From Lepidodermella squamata (Eukaryota; Animalia; Gastrotricha), in the NCBI GenBank assembly GCA_047495785.1, contig JBLDXI010000019.1, forward strand, positions 1,922,001 through 1,986,000: a stretch of DNA of 64,000 bases, in the 5' to 3' direction. Below the pieces are notes generated by a model, which ran no database searches, was not told the DNA's origin, and saw nothing but the letters and a program-made list of their open reading frames with translations. Of this stretch, positions 25,268 to 37,798 are shown piece by piece. A program made the position numbers and the translations under genes. Each line of letters opens with the position of its first letter. Position 1 is the first letter of the stretch.

Positions 25268-25689
25268 TAAGGACCAATCTTTCTGGGGTCATTGACCCAT
25301 TGCAAATTGCAATTATGGTTGAATCTTTTCTAAAATACCTTTCTGTCCGAAATAGGACCAGTGGACTGAAGCGCCCTGAAGGCATCATATTCTGAAGGTC
25401 CCATGATAATTTGGATTGCACCATCTTGTCCGGTCGTATTGTTCTAAGAGACATATTCAAAAAAACATGCGAGACATTGAAAAATAAAAATAATTTTTAG
25501 TATTTAGTTTTTGGCGAGGCAATACAAATTATGGCTAATTTTTGCAGAAAATTGCTGCATTAACTTTCCTCTTCATAGTTAATCTGATCTCTATTCGGCA
25601 AATAGAAGAGTTTGCAATTTATTGAGGCATAACAAGATGAATAATATTTAGGATGTTTAGGATTTAGGAACTTCTTATAAATGGCGCCG

Positions 25690-26490
25690 GTCGAATGACA
25701 TTTCGGCCAACAACTTTTTGGCCGCGACTTCTCAGCCCCGATTTTTCAGTCCCGTCAATTGAGCCGGAAGAAAATTCAGCCCGCGACATAAGAGCCCATA
25801 TTTAAATAAAAAAGAGCGACATTTTAGCCGCGACAATTCAGCGAGCGACGTTTCAGCCCAAAATGTTTATTCCAAAGACGACAATTCCGCATTCGACATT
25901 TTAGCCAGTGGCAATTCAGCCCTAATTACTCTCAATACGGCTATTAAATGTTAACATAATTGAGCAAATATTACTTACAGAAATAAATGTTGCGATCTGG
26001 TTCAATCGAATTGGTTCCAATCGCTGAGGCGATATCACCAACCCCAACTATTGCTATGCTGTCTCTATACAGGGCGTTTATGTTTTCGATAAGATATTTT
26101 CCTATTCCCAGTCCCTTGTCCCTTTAGCCCTTTCCAATCTTCTTCTCGGCGAACAAAGTCGCAGGTTTTTTCCAAGTCCAGAGAGAAGAACGAATAACAA
26201 AGTTAAAACATAGGATAACATGATCCCTACAAATATCAGTAATCCTAAGCAATGCAGTTGAATGACTGTTTAGGTTGGGACTGAATTGAAGTTTGCTTTT
26301 CTGTCGCCTGCTGAAACGTGGTCATATTTTTATTTATTATGGGCTGAATTGTCGTCAGCTGAAATGTCGCCGAAATGTTCTGGAATTTTGGCTGAGTTGT
26401 CGCAGGCTGAATTGTCGTTCAGTTGTTTGGGATGAATTGTCATTTGGCTGAATAGTCTGGCCGGAATAGTCGCGGCTGAAATGTCTTGTG
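25690..26490. mobile_element. Element with inverted arrays of short GACAATTCAGCC-like subterminal repeats
   Basis: Many GACA(A/T)TTCAGCC copies at 25690-25925 and GGCTGAATTGTC copies at 26340-26490; a similar CGACAA(T)/TTGTCG design is at 48610-49305. Confidence 0.6.
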
Positions 26491-26988
26491 CTGTATTGAC
26501 GAAGAACATTGCGTCAATTTTCAACCTTGCAAAATATCTAACAAAAGGCGTGTAACGCAACTAACGTAAAACGCGATTTTCTTTTCATTTTCATCGACGT
26601 TTTCATCCGATCTCAGAATTCCTAGTTATAAATGCTCAATATCTCAGCGCCTAAATTGAACGAGTTGGTACTGACCTTCCTTGTCATTTAAAAAACGATT
26701 TTCGAATTCCGTAAAAAGGGAGTTGTAGCTCAGGTAGCCAGGAGTGTTCCACTGAAAATCGTTTTTCTGATGTGAAATCGACCAGAAGGCGACTTTTACG
26801 GCTAAGCTACCCAACGCCCAAATCATTGAAAATCATCGTATTCGTTTACTTAAATTTGTCCAAGACTTTCTTTATTCTATTTTTCTATCTGTCCATACAT
26901 ATTTCACTCACATACATTAAAGGTTATGAAGGTCGCAATTCAAAAATGTCAACGTTTATTTATGATTTCTCGCCATTCTATGGATAAT

Positions 26989-29332
26989 TCACCGCGGCAA
27001 ACAAGAACCAATTTTCTGCCGAACATCGCCGATAGTTGATTCAAAAGGAGGCGTTCCAGTTCTATTGGACCCCGAGTCTGATTCCCACAGTTTTCCGCAC
27101 AGAAGCCGCCAACCTGCGCGTTTCGTGTAGTACATGGCGTAACGATCAGGCGCAAATTTGCTGGCCCGTTCTGCCGCGGATGTGAACGGACTGGCGTAGC
27201 GCTGCCATCGCGAATAAAACGCAACCTGATCAGCCACATCGGCCGTAGTGACAGATTTTAGTCTCGAAAGTTCGATGAAAGCTGAGAAGAACTCGGGTTC
27301 GATTTCATAGCCGTGCTCGTAAGCTGGGTTGATTTCCTTCTGCCAATTGTAATAACTCAACAGCTCAGTAGAAGTTTCGTCCATTGTTGATAGGCGTTTC
27401 AATAACGCAGCTAGCTGTTCCATTTGCGTATCGAACTGCTTCATGTTGATGTAGCTTCCATCGGGGAAGAAATCGCTGTAGTTACCACCCCCGTAAACAA
27501 CAGGGATCGACCCAGCAATGAAGTTGGCGTAGAATGCACGGAAAGCTTTTTCCGATATGTAACCTTCGCATAGCGTGTTTTCGAGGCCGAAAGCGAACCG
27601 ATACTGTGAGAAGAAATCAGTTTGGCCTTTGGCTTCCCAAATTTTGTCAACGTCTCCAGAACCACCGCATTTGCCGAAAATGTCGACCGAGATACCGAGC
27701 CGGTTCAAGGTTTTCACGAGTTCCATTCGCTGAGATCTTGCCCTAAATAAAGTAAAAGGAAAGCCATCATTTGAATTGAGGGATTCAAATGAACCGCTCA
27801 CTTCCAGCTAAATGGGTTAACTTTTGGACCAAACCATGTTCTTTCGCTAAGGGTCGGATGAGCTACCGGAAGGTAAAAGTGAACTTGGTGCAAAACGCCG
27901 GCAAAACTGGGCAGGTCGAAAATCGTCAGAGGACTAGTTTTGAATATTTGGGCGGATTTTATACCAAAAATTAATTTAGACCATTCTCCATCGAATATAT
28001 ATTTATAATTTATAGTAGGGTTCTCGCGTGAAAAAATTAACTGGAGAAATGCTTTACGCGCATCTTACCTTCCGAGATACGAGTGCGCGCACTCTCAACT
28101 GGCGCGCAAAATTGAAAATGCGCGTAAAACGGTTTAATTTTAATTTTTTTTTCACCCCATATCAATTTGATAGAGAATTTTCTGAATTATTCTTTGGTAT
28201 AAAAACCGCCGCGATAATCGAAAGTAACCCTTTGACATCTTGGCGCGCGGCCTGAATTTTGTTAACATTTTCGACGTGGCGTCGACGACGTCACTATAGC
28301 GGTTCACTTTTACCCTTCAATTGCGTAATCGCTTGCGAACCTGAGGGAACTACGATGGACCCAGAATTGAGCTTTTTCTAATATTGAAAATCCATTGCTA
28401 ATTCAGAAATTTCCATTTTCGGAATCAAGATGGGAAATAGGTAAAACACCTATTGGAATCGATCGATTTCTATACCCTAACTCCAACATGGCTTGGAACG
28501 GAAAGTGTAAGGACTATCGGAAATCACTAATGGACTGTGAAATCTGGCACGCTTACGCTCAATTTCTCTATCAATTCAAGGCCAGAAACATATCCATTTT
28601 AACGTGCTGAAATATTTCTTACCCGCAATTGCTGACTATCCAGACAGCGTCCTTCGGTCGAGATTTGAAATTTCTCGCCCAATTCCTGATTTTCGCATTC
28701 CATTCATTCAGATCTAGAGGAGTTGTCGACCGCCGCAGATGGCCGTAGGGGTAGTAAATGTCATTGGTTTTCGCGAACGACATGGTCCAGTTGAACAGCG
28801 CCACGAATCGCGAATCAGGCGAAAAGTTCATCGGCGATTCGTGCGTGAAGTAAACCCATCGTTGAAAGCGATGCCTCACCTTCGGCAAATCTCCGTCAAT
28901 ATTAGGCCCATGAAAAATCAAAGCGCTAGCGTTGTCGACGTATTGCCGGTTTCGCGTGAATAAACACCGGCGCGCGTTGTTGTAAGCCTCCAGCTCGACG
29001 TATGGCCCTTGGTTAAAGGCGAAGTGATCGGCCCATCCCAAGTCGAAAAAGTCTGTCCATAATAGGACGGTTTTCGTCGGAATGTCAGCTTCATTATTGT
29101 CGTGGTACCGCGGCGTTGGTTCGTACTGCCAGTTGGGAAGAAAGACTGGCACTATCGCGGCATCATCGTCGTAGTAAGCACCCGCCAGCGATTTGATACG
29201 ATCGAATTTGTTAACTGAACTCGTAACAAAAAGCCATCCCAGGACGACAACCGAGGCGAATAGAGGTAAAATATAGCGAAGTTTTGGAAATGGGTATCTA
29301 TGATACCCGACTTTAATAGTTAGCAGCGTCAT
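26989..29332 (-). CDS. GT10 alpha-1,3/4-fucosyltransferase, ~487 aa; exons 29332-28623, 27742-26989
   Basis: TM anchor; WVYFTHESP, FNWTMSF, AVWIVSNC, VDIFGKCG, YRFAFGLENTLCEGYISEK, IPVVYG. Confidence 0.92.
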
Positions 29333-30588
29333 ACCGATAAAATTTTGAAGTTGAAACAAAACAGGGGAACGGAGAATGCAATAAAAAATCTATTATTTTG
29401 AAGTAGATCGTGACTGATTGATCGCGTGCGTATCGAATGGATTGACTGAAACACTTTTATCGTAAAGACAGATGAAGTAGGTGTTTTTTCTCGATTCGAA
29501 TCAAATTTTCAGTTATGAATATTTGCACAGCTAAAAATGAGGCTCCACCACTAGAATTTAGCGTCTGGGCACTAAAATTTTCTTTGCGACTTCGGCGTTT
29601 TCGTTCTATTATCGATACTGATGCCCTCCCTGAACCTGATATTATTTATTTTAGCTACATGGTGCCCTATAAGCTATGTAGTAAAATAATCGATAATAAA
29701 CCGATTGATATTATCGGAAAATGATTTATTTGTGAAATTGAAACGATCTTGTCCTAACTAAATCTGTCCTGCAATTATATAACGTGTCCCAGAAATGCGC
29801 GACTATTTTTTAATTTGGCAACTTTTCGTATTCAACTAATTTTTTTTCAAATTGAATTTGTCAAGAGAAATTCCAGATCTTTTATCGCAGCCGTTTAACC
29901 AAATAAATAAATAAATAAAAAAAATACGGAGAATACCCGAAAAGCCCCGATGGTAACTGGTTCGGTAATTGTCGGTATTTCACCCAACTCACCCAATTAG
30001 ACCAAATTTCTCCGGGGTTTTTAATCCCATTAACATGTGACATTCTTGATTACTATTATTGTTATTTTTTGAATTTTTCTAAATTTTTATTAGCCATGAG
30101 ATGTATGGCTTCGTCTCTTATTTTAGATTCACGCTGGTCTGCCGTTACTTATGGGACACGATGTAAGTTGTTTTCCCTAACAGCTTTAAAATAAATGAAT
30201 AAATCGATAATTGGAATCGATAGTGAAATCGGCTCTACAGGCTGAACTAGAAAAGCAAGTTCCCGATCCGATGCTAAGGCAGCGTTAGACTGAGTTTTCA
30301 AGTAAACAAAAAAACTAGAGCAGTCCAGAGCCAGAGCCAATCAAAAGGTTTTCTACCCATTTTCAAGCGTCATGTTGGTTACGACTGAATTCCCGCTTTT
30401 GAAGGCGGTGATACTGTTGATAGGTATGTCATTAAACGAAAAACGGCTGTATTGGCATCTAAGACCGCTGAGGCAATCTTTTCAAACAGGAACTGCGATA
30501 GCTCTCACCTATATGGCATCGACAAATCATGAGCAGATAAACTTCGACTTTATTGGAGGTAAATGTTGAGCAAAATAGATCGATCAGA

Positions 30589-33500
30589 TTAATCTTTCAC
30601 TTTCGGTACAACCTTGCTGAGAAAATATCTGTCAATTTCAAGGCGGTTAACGCGTTGCAGCCACTGATCCATAGCCCTGGGTATGACGGATGTAGTTGGT
30701 ATCTTTCCACCGCACGTCTCGTCAGATTGGATAGCCTGACCTGCAATCAAAATTGAAGTTTCATGAACTGAGGGAATTAAGAATTAGGAATTACGCAGCA
30801 ATCCCACGAAACCGGCCAGTCTTATAACCAGACAATGATTGTCGTTGAGCCCAGCAGTGAAAATCAAGCTGTCGACAGATTCCATGAACAAACCTGTGCT
30901 GAACAGAAGCGGCTTATTCGTTCGCCACTCGGCACTTGGCACGTTGATCATGGTATCTGGGTCGATGAATATCGGCGATGTCACTAGGGCAACTCGGTTG
31001 TACCTTGCATTAATCAATGTCAGCTGGGCTGCGTATTCTGCAATAGAAATTGCAACATGCAGTGTTTCAAATTGCGCCGCGAAAGCTGCGAAATCGAGAG
31101 TTCCCATATTCTTTCACCTGGTTGGATCACATTTCTTTGGATTTTTTTTAATCCCATTCACAAGAGACATACAGTGTGCCCCATAAGTAACGCAAGCAAA
31201 GAAAATACACGGAAAATATTTCCCACACAAAATAGCCATATTAATAAATAGTTGCGCGACTTCTGGGACACGCTGTACTTGATTACTACTATCACGGCAT
31301 TTTCGATTTTTTTTTCTAAGATTTTTCTCGCTATGGGTGTATTTTTTTATTCCCCGCCTCGCCCTGGGCAGCCCGCCGGATTTCCCGGGAAAACAATAAA
31401 AAAATCCGGGCTGGGCGGGCAATGAGCACATTTTTTTATTCGCCCGTGTTTTGGTGCGGATGAGCTAGGATTTTCTGGGATTCGCGGGAAAAAAGCAATA
31501 AAAAAATCCGGGAAACGCGGGCGCCCGAATGCATTCAGCAATACAGCCCAACTTTCCCGCGGGAAAGCGGGGAGACGCGGAATAATTATTGAATGTTAAC
31601 GGACATCGCCTGAGCGCGTTTTTAACAATGCGCGTGATTCATGCTAATCAGAAACTCTATATAGTAAATTCAAAAATAGGATGTTGTGATGCACATCGCT
31701 TCATTCTATCGACTTCTCCGAATTTTTCAAGTTTACACTAATTAGCTCTGTCAAATACGAATTCCGTTATTTGAAATCGCTTGTTTACGGCATCGATGAG
31801 GTTGTCATGGACTGGTTAATCTCCTTCGCGCTCTTCCAGGTCGTTCACCGCGTTATTGGCCCTTTTTCTTAACCCCAGGGAAATTCGAAAATCGCTTCCG
31901 TAATATGGCAATCGGTATAAAGCGATCACAGATAGGTTAGGCTGAGATGATTAAACGCGTATTCAAGTTATTCAAGTTAAATTAAGTAATTCTTATGATT
32001 TTTGTCAATTTTTTGCAGTGAAATCGCGTGCCTGAGCAATTTTTTGCTTCAACGCCCGGCTTCGCCCGGTCTCAAAAGGCCGGGCGTTACGGGCTGGGCG
32101 GGAAGTGCGGGAAACCAGAGAAAATTGCTGAATGCTCTGCGGACGACACGGGCGAGTCGGGCTGTGCGGGCAGAATAAAAAAATGTTCATGGGCAGTGCC
32201 CGGCTTTTTTGCGTTCGGGCAGGCCGGGCTGAATATAAAAATACACCCTATGAAAAGTTACTTCTCGTCTCATTTTAGTCTTTCTGATGCCATTTCCGTG
32301 CATTTCCTCTGTTTGCGTTACTTATGGGACACGCTGTATGAGTTATTCTTGAATTAATTAATGGATACTTACCAACTGAACCAATCAGGCGAGTGCTCGT
32401 ATGCGTTACAGCGAGATAGTAATCACCCTCGTAATGCACGAATGAAGAGCCACCGCGAAGAAACAAATGATCGGTGCCACCGTTTTCACTGCCTATAACA
32501 AAGCGGCAATGGACAATCCTTGCATCGTCGTCGCGGTAAGGCTTAAATTCGCATTCCATAACGCGGAATTTGGGAATGATTTCGTAGATTATCCGCAGCT
32601 TGCCGTTGTAGATCCAAGGTGCCCAATTTTTAGCCGCGCTGGGGAGTTTGAGCGTATCGCTTGCTTTGATAGAATACAGCACGTTGTCGTCCATTGACCA
32701 TAGGAAGACACGCCTTGGAAAATTATTCAAATGAATGTTCAGCATTAACAAAATACAGCATGCCCCATACTTAAGTAACGCAAGCAAAGAAAATACACGA
32801 AAAAGGGTTCAGAAGCTCTAAAATTAGAGACGAAGTCACATGTCATGGTCAGAATATTTTTAGAAAAAAATAAAAAGAATAACAGTCAACTGTGCGACGG
32901 GTTCACGAGATTTAAAAATTCCGGAGAAATTTGGTCCAACCGGGAAAAATACCGAAAATTACCGAGCAAGTTACCATCGGAATTTTCCAGATTGTCCCCG
33001 TAAATTGGCGATTACTTCGCTTAAATCGCGGATAAAAGATGAAATAATCTAGCGGTAGGGTTAATTCATATAAAATCAGTGGAATTTTCTTCAAAAATTT
33101 GCCAAACTAAATAATCGTAGCGCAGCTTCTGGGACACGCTAGAATTAGTAAAGCAAACCCATGTAACCCACTTCTCAAGAAAAATCTTGCCAAAATATAA
33201 AGTGTCACATGAGAACAGAATAGAAGTACGTTACTTGACGATGGAATTATAAAAATCTGGAGAAATTTGGCACAACGGGATAAAATACCGAAAATTACCG
33301 AACCAGTTACCATCGGGGTTTTCCGGGTTTTCTTATTTAATTTTTCATTTCCACATAAAACCGTGGATGGAAGATTTTCCCGTCTCATTTTAGTTTAATT
33401 TCTAACTAAAATTCTAAGGATGTGCCATGTAGACACCTTAAATTTGCTCCAGAATTAGATTTACCCAAATAATGATTTGTCGGGTTTACTATCTTTCCTA

Positions 33501-34258
33501 CAATATCAATAATATTATTTGTATAATATCAATTCATTTTTATTACGACGCTATTGATTTGATACCCGAATTTACCTCAAAAACTTGGTGCCGTAATAAT
33601 GAGCATTTGTGAACGCGATGAAAGCCGTGCCGTTGAGCTCGAACATCCGCGCATCTTCCGGCCCGGTATACACCGGCTGTTGAATGACACTCGGAATGCC
33701 AAGCAGATCACCTGAGCGCGGTACAACCTGCATATCACGATCTAGTTTCACGGTGTACATGAAGCTGTCCTGGTAACGATTGAATTTGATGTCTTTGCTT
33801 AGCCGGTTCCAGACTCGAATAGCACACAAAATTTCGCCGTTATGCGGCATGCATGGGCCTTGCATCGGATACGGCCCGTTGCCGTTGATTAGCCACTTTT
33901 CCGAAGCTCTCACGTGATCGGCGAACATGTTTCGCACGTGGTTGTTGACCGTAGGCGTAAAGTCGAACAGAATTGAGGTAGTGACGAATGATGGCGGAGA
34001 TTCCTTGATCTTGTTGCAAGTTTCTGGGTTGACATGCACGCCGCTGAGATTGAATTTGAAATGCCGATTGCCGACTGCCGCTACTAAGAAGTTGCCAGCT
34101 CCAGCTTCCCTCGGTGACCTGGAAAATGTGCTGTTTTGAGGAGATAATAGCACACTTAAGGAATCGCAACCCTTTCGCCATAGACAGAGCGACATCATAG
34201 CAGTTGAGACGATCATGAGCAAAGTTAGAGACAGTCTGGGGCATTTTGAAAATGCCAT
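30589..34258 (-). CDS. Type II five-bladed beta-propeller glycoenzyme, GT91/BMT beta-1,2-mannosyltransferase-like (GH130/GT108-related), ~472 aa; exons 34258-33576, 32713-32373, 31037-30795, 30740-30589
   Basis: N-terminal TM; GPEDARMF, KNWAPW and LRGGS in the order seen in fungal Bmt proteins (GPEDPR, KNWxPF, RGGT); 1419 nt in frame with GT-AG introns. Confidence 0.72.
31172..32336. mobile_element. Tc1/mariner-like MITE (TA duplication) in the intron of the BMT-like gene; related ends near 29782-30165, 32757-33140 and 43480
   Basis: TA|CAGTGTGCCCCATAAGTAACGCAA ... TTGCGTTACTTATGGGACACGCTG|TA. Confidence 0.75.
31335..32248. mobile_element. 914 bp non-autonomous element nested in the previous MITE; 3 bp TAT duplication (PIF/Harbinger-like)
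   Basis: TAT|GGGTGTATTTTT...AAAAATACACCC|TAT, with GC-rich CCCG/CGGG subterminal repeats. Confidence 0.7.
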
Positions 34259-34941
34259 AGTTGAGTATTTTAAAGATTCCTAAAGTCAATAGAGAGAATG
34301 GCGATATTAATTTGGGATCTGGATCTATATTTGAATCGCGTTAAGATTTTGGCGAATTTATAACATATTGAATATTGTATCATATGAAGTAATGACCTCT
34401 TTATTATTTCAAATCTATTATGATGCTTTGCCCTCAATTATTATTTCAAATCAATCGAATTTAAAAGTAGAAATGCCGTTTTTTACTATCGTTTTTTACT
34501 ATAACACCCTGTGCGAAAAACGATTCTTACCCATTCACAAAATTTACGAGCAATAAAAATCAGTCACCCTGTCATTTTTTTTATCAATGAAAAATTTCAA
34601 AAAATGTCGAAATTGATGTTATATGATTGTGTTTTTTAACCATAACCAATCGAATATTGAATTATTTGAACCAATTGAACCAATTAAATTATTTGCAATT
34701 TCGACCATGTAGGCATCTATTTCGGGATGGAATTTTACGCGGCCATTTCATATGCATAAAATGCCTATTTATTTAGCCATGAAAATTCTGCCCGATTTTC
34801 TTATTGATTCTGTTCTGATCATATTAACTTTGAAAATATGGCGTAGTCACGATTAAACAAATAACTAAAACATCTTCCGCTCAACTTTAGTTTTACTTTG
34901 AAAAAATCGTTAAAGCCTGAAGACAATCAAATCTGAACTGC

Positions 34942-36322
34942 TCAAATTTCAGCCAACTCTGTTAATATTTTACAGTAAGCGCAAATCTCGGGATGATTTT
35001 TCCTTGTCGATTCCGAATTTTTCTCAGGATATTGAGTCCGCAAAATTCTTGACAGCTTAAAAGGATGCAGTGATATCACCCGATCCAAGTCCACATTTTC
35101 AGCCGGCCGCGTCCCAACAGGCACGCCCTGGACGAAATTTCGAGAATTATCAATAATGCCGACTTCTGCCGTTGCGTTGAGGCACGCGAATGCTGTTGGA
35201 ATTGCAAGTTCTTGAAACAGGCGATTTTCAGCCATTATTTTGAAAATTGGCAGAATGAAGGGGAAATGGCGGCGTGAAATGTAGAAAAAATCAGCCATAC
35301 CAGACACAACTCTTCGCTGGCCGCCCGTAAATCGCGCAAGATTTTTCACACAATTATTTCCGATTTCATCACTCTGAAGTTTCTAAAGAAAAAGTGAATT
35401 AAAATTTCAAAATTTCGATTTCTAAAAATTAAAAATTCAATTTGTTAATTCAATTTTAAAATTTCAAAAAATTCCATTTCTAATATTGTAATTTGTAAAT
35501 TCAAAAATTTCAATTTCAATTAAATTTAAATCTAGCAAAAATTACTTTGAAAATCGATCTTGCTCGGCTATGGTAAGGATAAGCCCACCACCAATCAAGC
35601 GGAACGGTGCATTCGCCTGGAACATTACACGCTTTCATCCTATCAACATCATAAACACGGCTATGCGGCATTGCGTAGCTTTTTTCGAAGTCAAATGTCG
35701 AATTATTGGCCAGAAGATTCCAGAAACCAAATAAAACATCGTCATGGACTACGAATACTCCACTTATGGAATCCTTGGCAAGTTTTGACGTCTCCACAGC
35801 TTGATTAACGCATTCGTAAATTGTCTCGCCGATTCCTGGGTAGAGCGATCGTTTTGTATCGTAATTTAAATATCGATTTTCGTAATAATCGATAAAATCT
35901 TTCGATGCATTTTTGAAGTTCCGTTTCAAAGCTGAGCTGTATCTGGAGAAGTCAACCGATGGCCCGCAATAACGAATTTCGGCGAAAAATTTCGAGTATA
36001 AAGCATCGATTAGGACTGCTGATTCATAATGCTGATCCCAATTGAAGGCAACGACGAGAATTGTTGAATTTTTTAAACGGTTCAATCTGATTTTATCGAA
36101 GTTCAACGAGGAAATGTTTTGCCGTGAAAATGTGTACGTAATGTTATTGCCCCATTTTTCTGTAGCATTGCAGAATTCGATCGCAATATTATCAGCAGAT
36201 TTTGATATCGGCGATGCAATTATAGACGATTTAAACAAATTTTTCGGTCCTGTGATCGCAGTTAAGATAATAATGATCGGAGATGAGAAAATGAAAGCAA
36301 TCAACGAATAATTTGGTAGCAT
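34942..36322 (-). CDS. STELLO/DUF288-family-like putative glycosyltransferase (C-terminal domain only), type II, ~405 aa; exons 36322-35546, 35382-34942
   Basis: TM anchor; ILVVAFN...LYSKFFAEIRYCGP, YEC, GVFVVHDDVLFGFWN, DFFYI, FQELAIPT, HPFK resemble the second half of STELLO-type proteins. Confidence 0.72.
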
Positions 36323-36571
36323 TTGTTATTTTAAATTTGAAGATATCGGATGATGACTTTAAATTATCAGGTGAGATATGCAACGCCAAAAGGTCAAACG
36401 TCTGAGCGCACAGTTCAGATTCGTTAAAGCAACCAATCCTCGAGACAGCCGAAGTGAGACCGGACTTGTACGCTGTACAATAATATACGGTACAGAAATT
36501 TTGAATCTCACTGAGAATCACTTATACTAATTACATTTTGGTCTAAAAACCGGCACTCAATCCACCGTTGA

Positions 36572-37490
36572 TTACCCTGCCCTAATTTCTGTCTTTTTTA
36601 GGTTTTCCTACTTTACCAGCCAGCTGAAGTTTTAGAAACCAATCGGCAATAAAACATAATTCTAGAGGAGTTCTTGGGCTATCGAATGCCGATATGCTCT
36701 CAAGTCTGGAAATTTTACCTGGGTTTAAGACTAATTTTATATTCACCTTGTCTCCCAGCTGGAAATGCGGAGTCGGGCGCCCTCATTTTAATCGGGCGGC
36801 CAAATTTAGGATACTCTGCTTACGCGAGAATTTATAATTTATCTGAAAAAATTCTTATTGTTAGAGCAGAAATCCCTTATTCCGGCCGTTACCTAAATTC
36901 GGCCGCTGCGACCTAACTTCGGCCACAGGCCGAAATCTGGACCCCAAAGTAGAACACCCCGCCCTAATTTTGGCCGCTTGGTTTTTCCTACTTTGCCAGC
37001 CATCAGGTGAATTTTTAGAAAATGTTAGGCAGAATTAAAGACGAATTCTTAGGCTATCGAATGCAGTTTTCCGCTAGTCCGGACGATTTTACCTTGATTT
37101 ATGGCTAATTTTTTAGCCACCCAGACACCCGGAGCAGGGTGCCCTAATTTCGGCCACCTCATCCAGGTAAACTAATACCATAAGCTTGGTATCGTTAGAT
37201 TTTTCTCAAAAAGCTGAATTTAAAAACCGCCTTTGTTCCTTCACCTGTGAGCTTTTCCTTGACGACGTAAGGTATTAGCGTAACTGGGCGAGGTGGCCAA
37301 AATTAGGGCAACGGGTTCCCTAATTCCGGCCAGGAGTCCAAAAGTGAAGGTAAAACCGTCTGGACTTGCGGAAAACTGCATTCGATAGCCCAAGACCTCC
37401 TCTATAATTCTGTATTTACCAAATATTATCTAAAAATTCACCTGGCTGGTAAAATAGGAAACCCCCAAAAATGGCCGAATTTAAGGCTAT
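36572..37490. mobile_element. Foldback-like non-autonomous element with GCCCTAATTT(C)GGCC repeats
   Basis: Repeated GCCCTAATTTxGGCC and inverted GGCCAAAATTAGGGC; 36980-37085 mirrors 37355-37460; ends approximate. Confidence 0.55.
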
Positions 37491-37798
37491 TCAAATGGTG
37501 TCAATTTGAAAAGACAGAAACCAAAAGCATCGCGCTACATAATAATTTGAGGTGTCGCGTGGCGCTATTTTTTTAATTTGCGCGCACTTTTTTGTTTTGC
37601 ACGAAGTTTTAATTTTATTTGCGCGACGTTCGAATTATTTTTGCACGAGACCTTGAAAATGTTTGGCTTCAATAAAGTTGAATAACGTGTCAATAAATTA
37701 AGCCTCTGATGATTTTTAGGTGAAGAATCTTGGTCGTTTTTTATTCAGCAGTTCACACAGTTTCATCGCAAAAATATTAATTCAATACGAAATGTTGG

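Noticed and set aside
24554-25295. Mirrored ORFs (MVKKFIFEKCYF, KIAFFKNELFHQ)
   Set aside because: Translations of MITE inverted arms with no domain signal.
25690-26490. Regularly spaced short repeats resembling a CRISPR array
   Set aside because: Degenerate, inverted between the two ends, no unique spacers, no cas genes, eukaryotic context.
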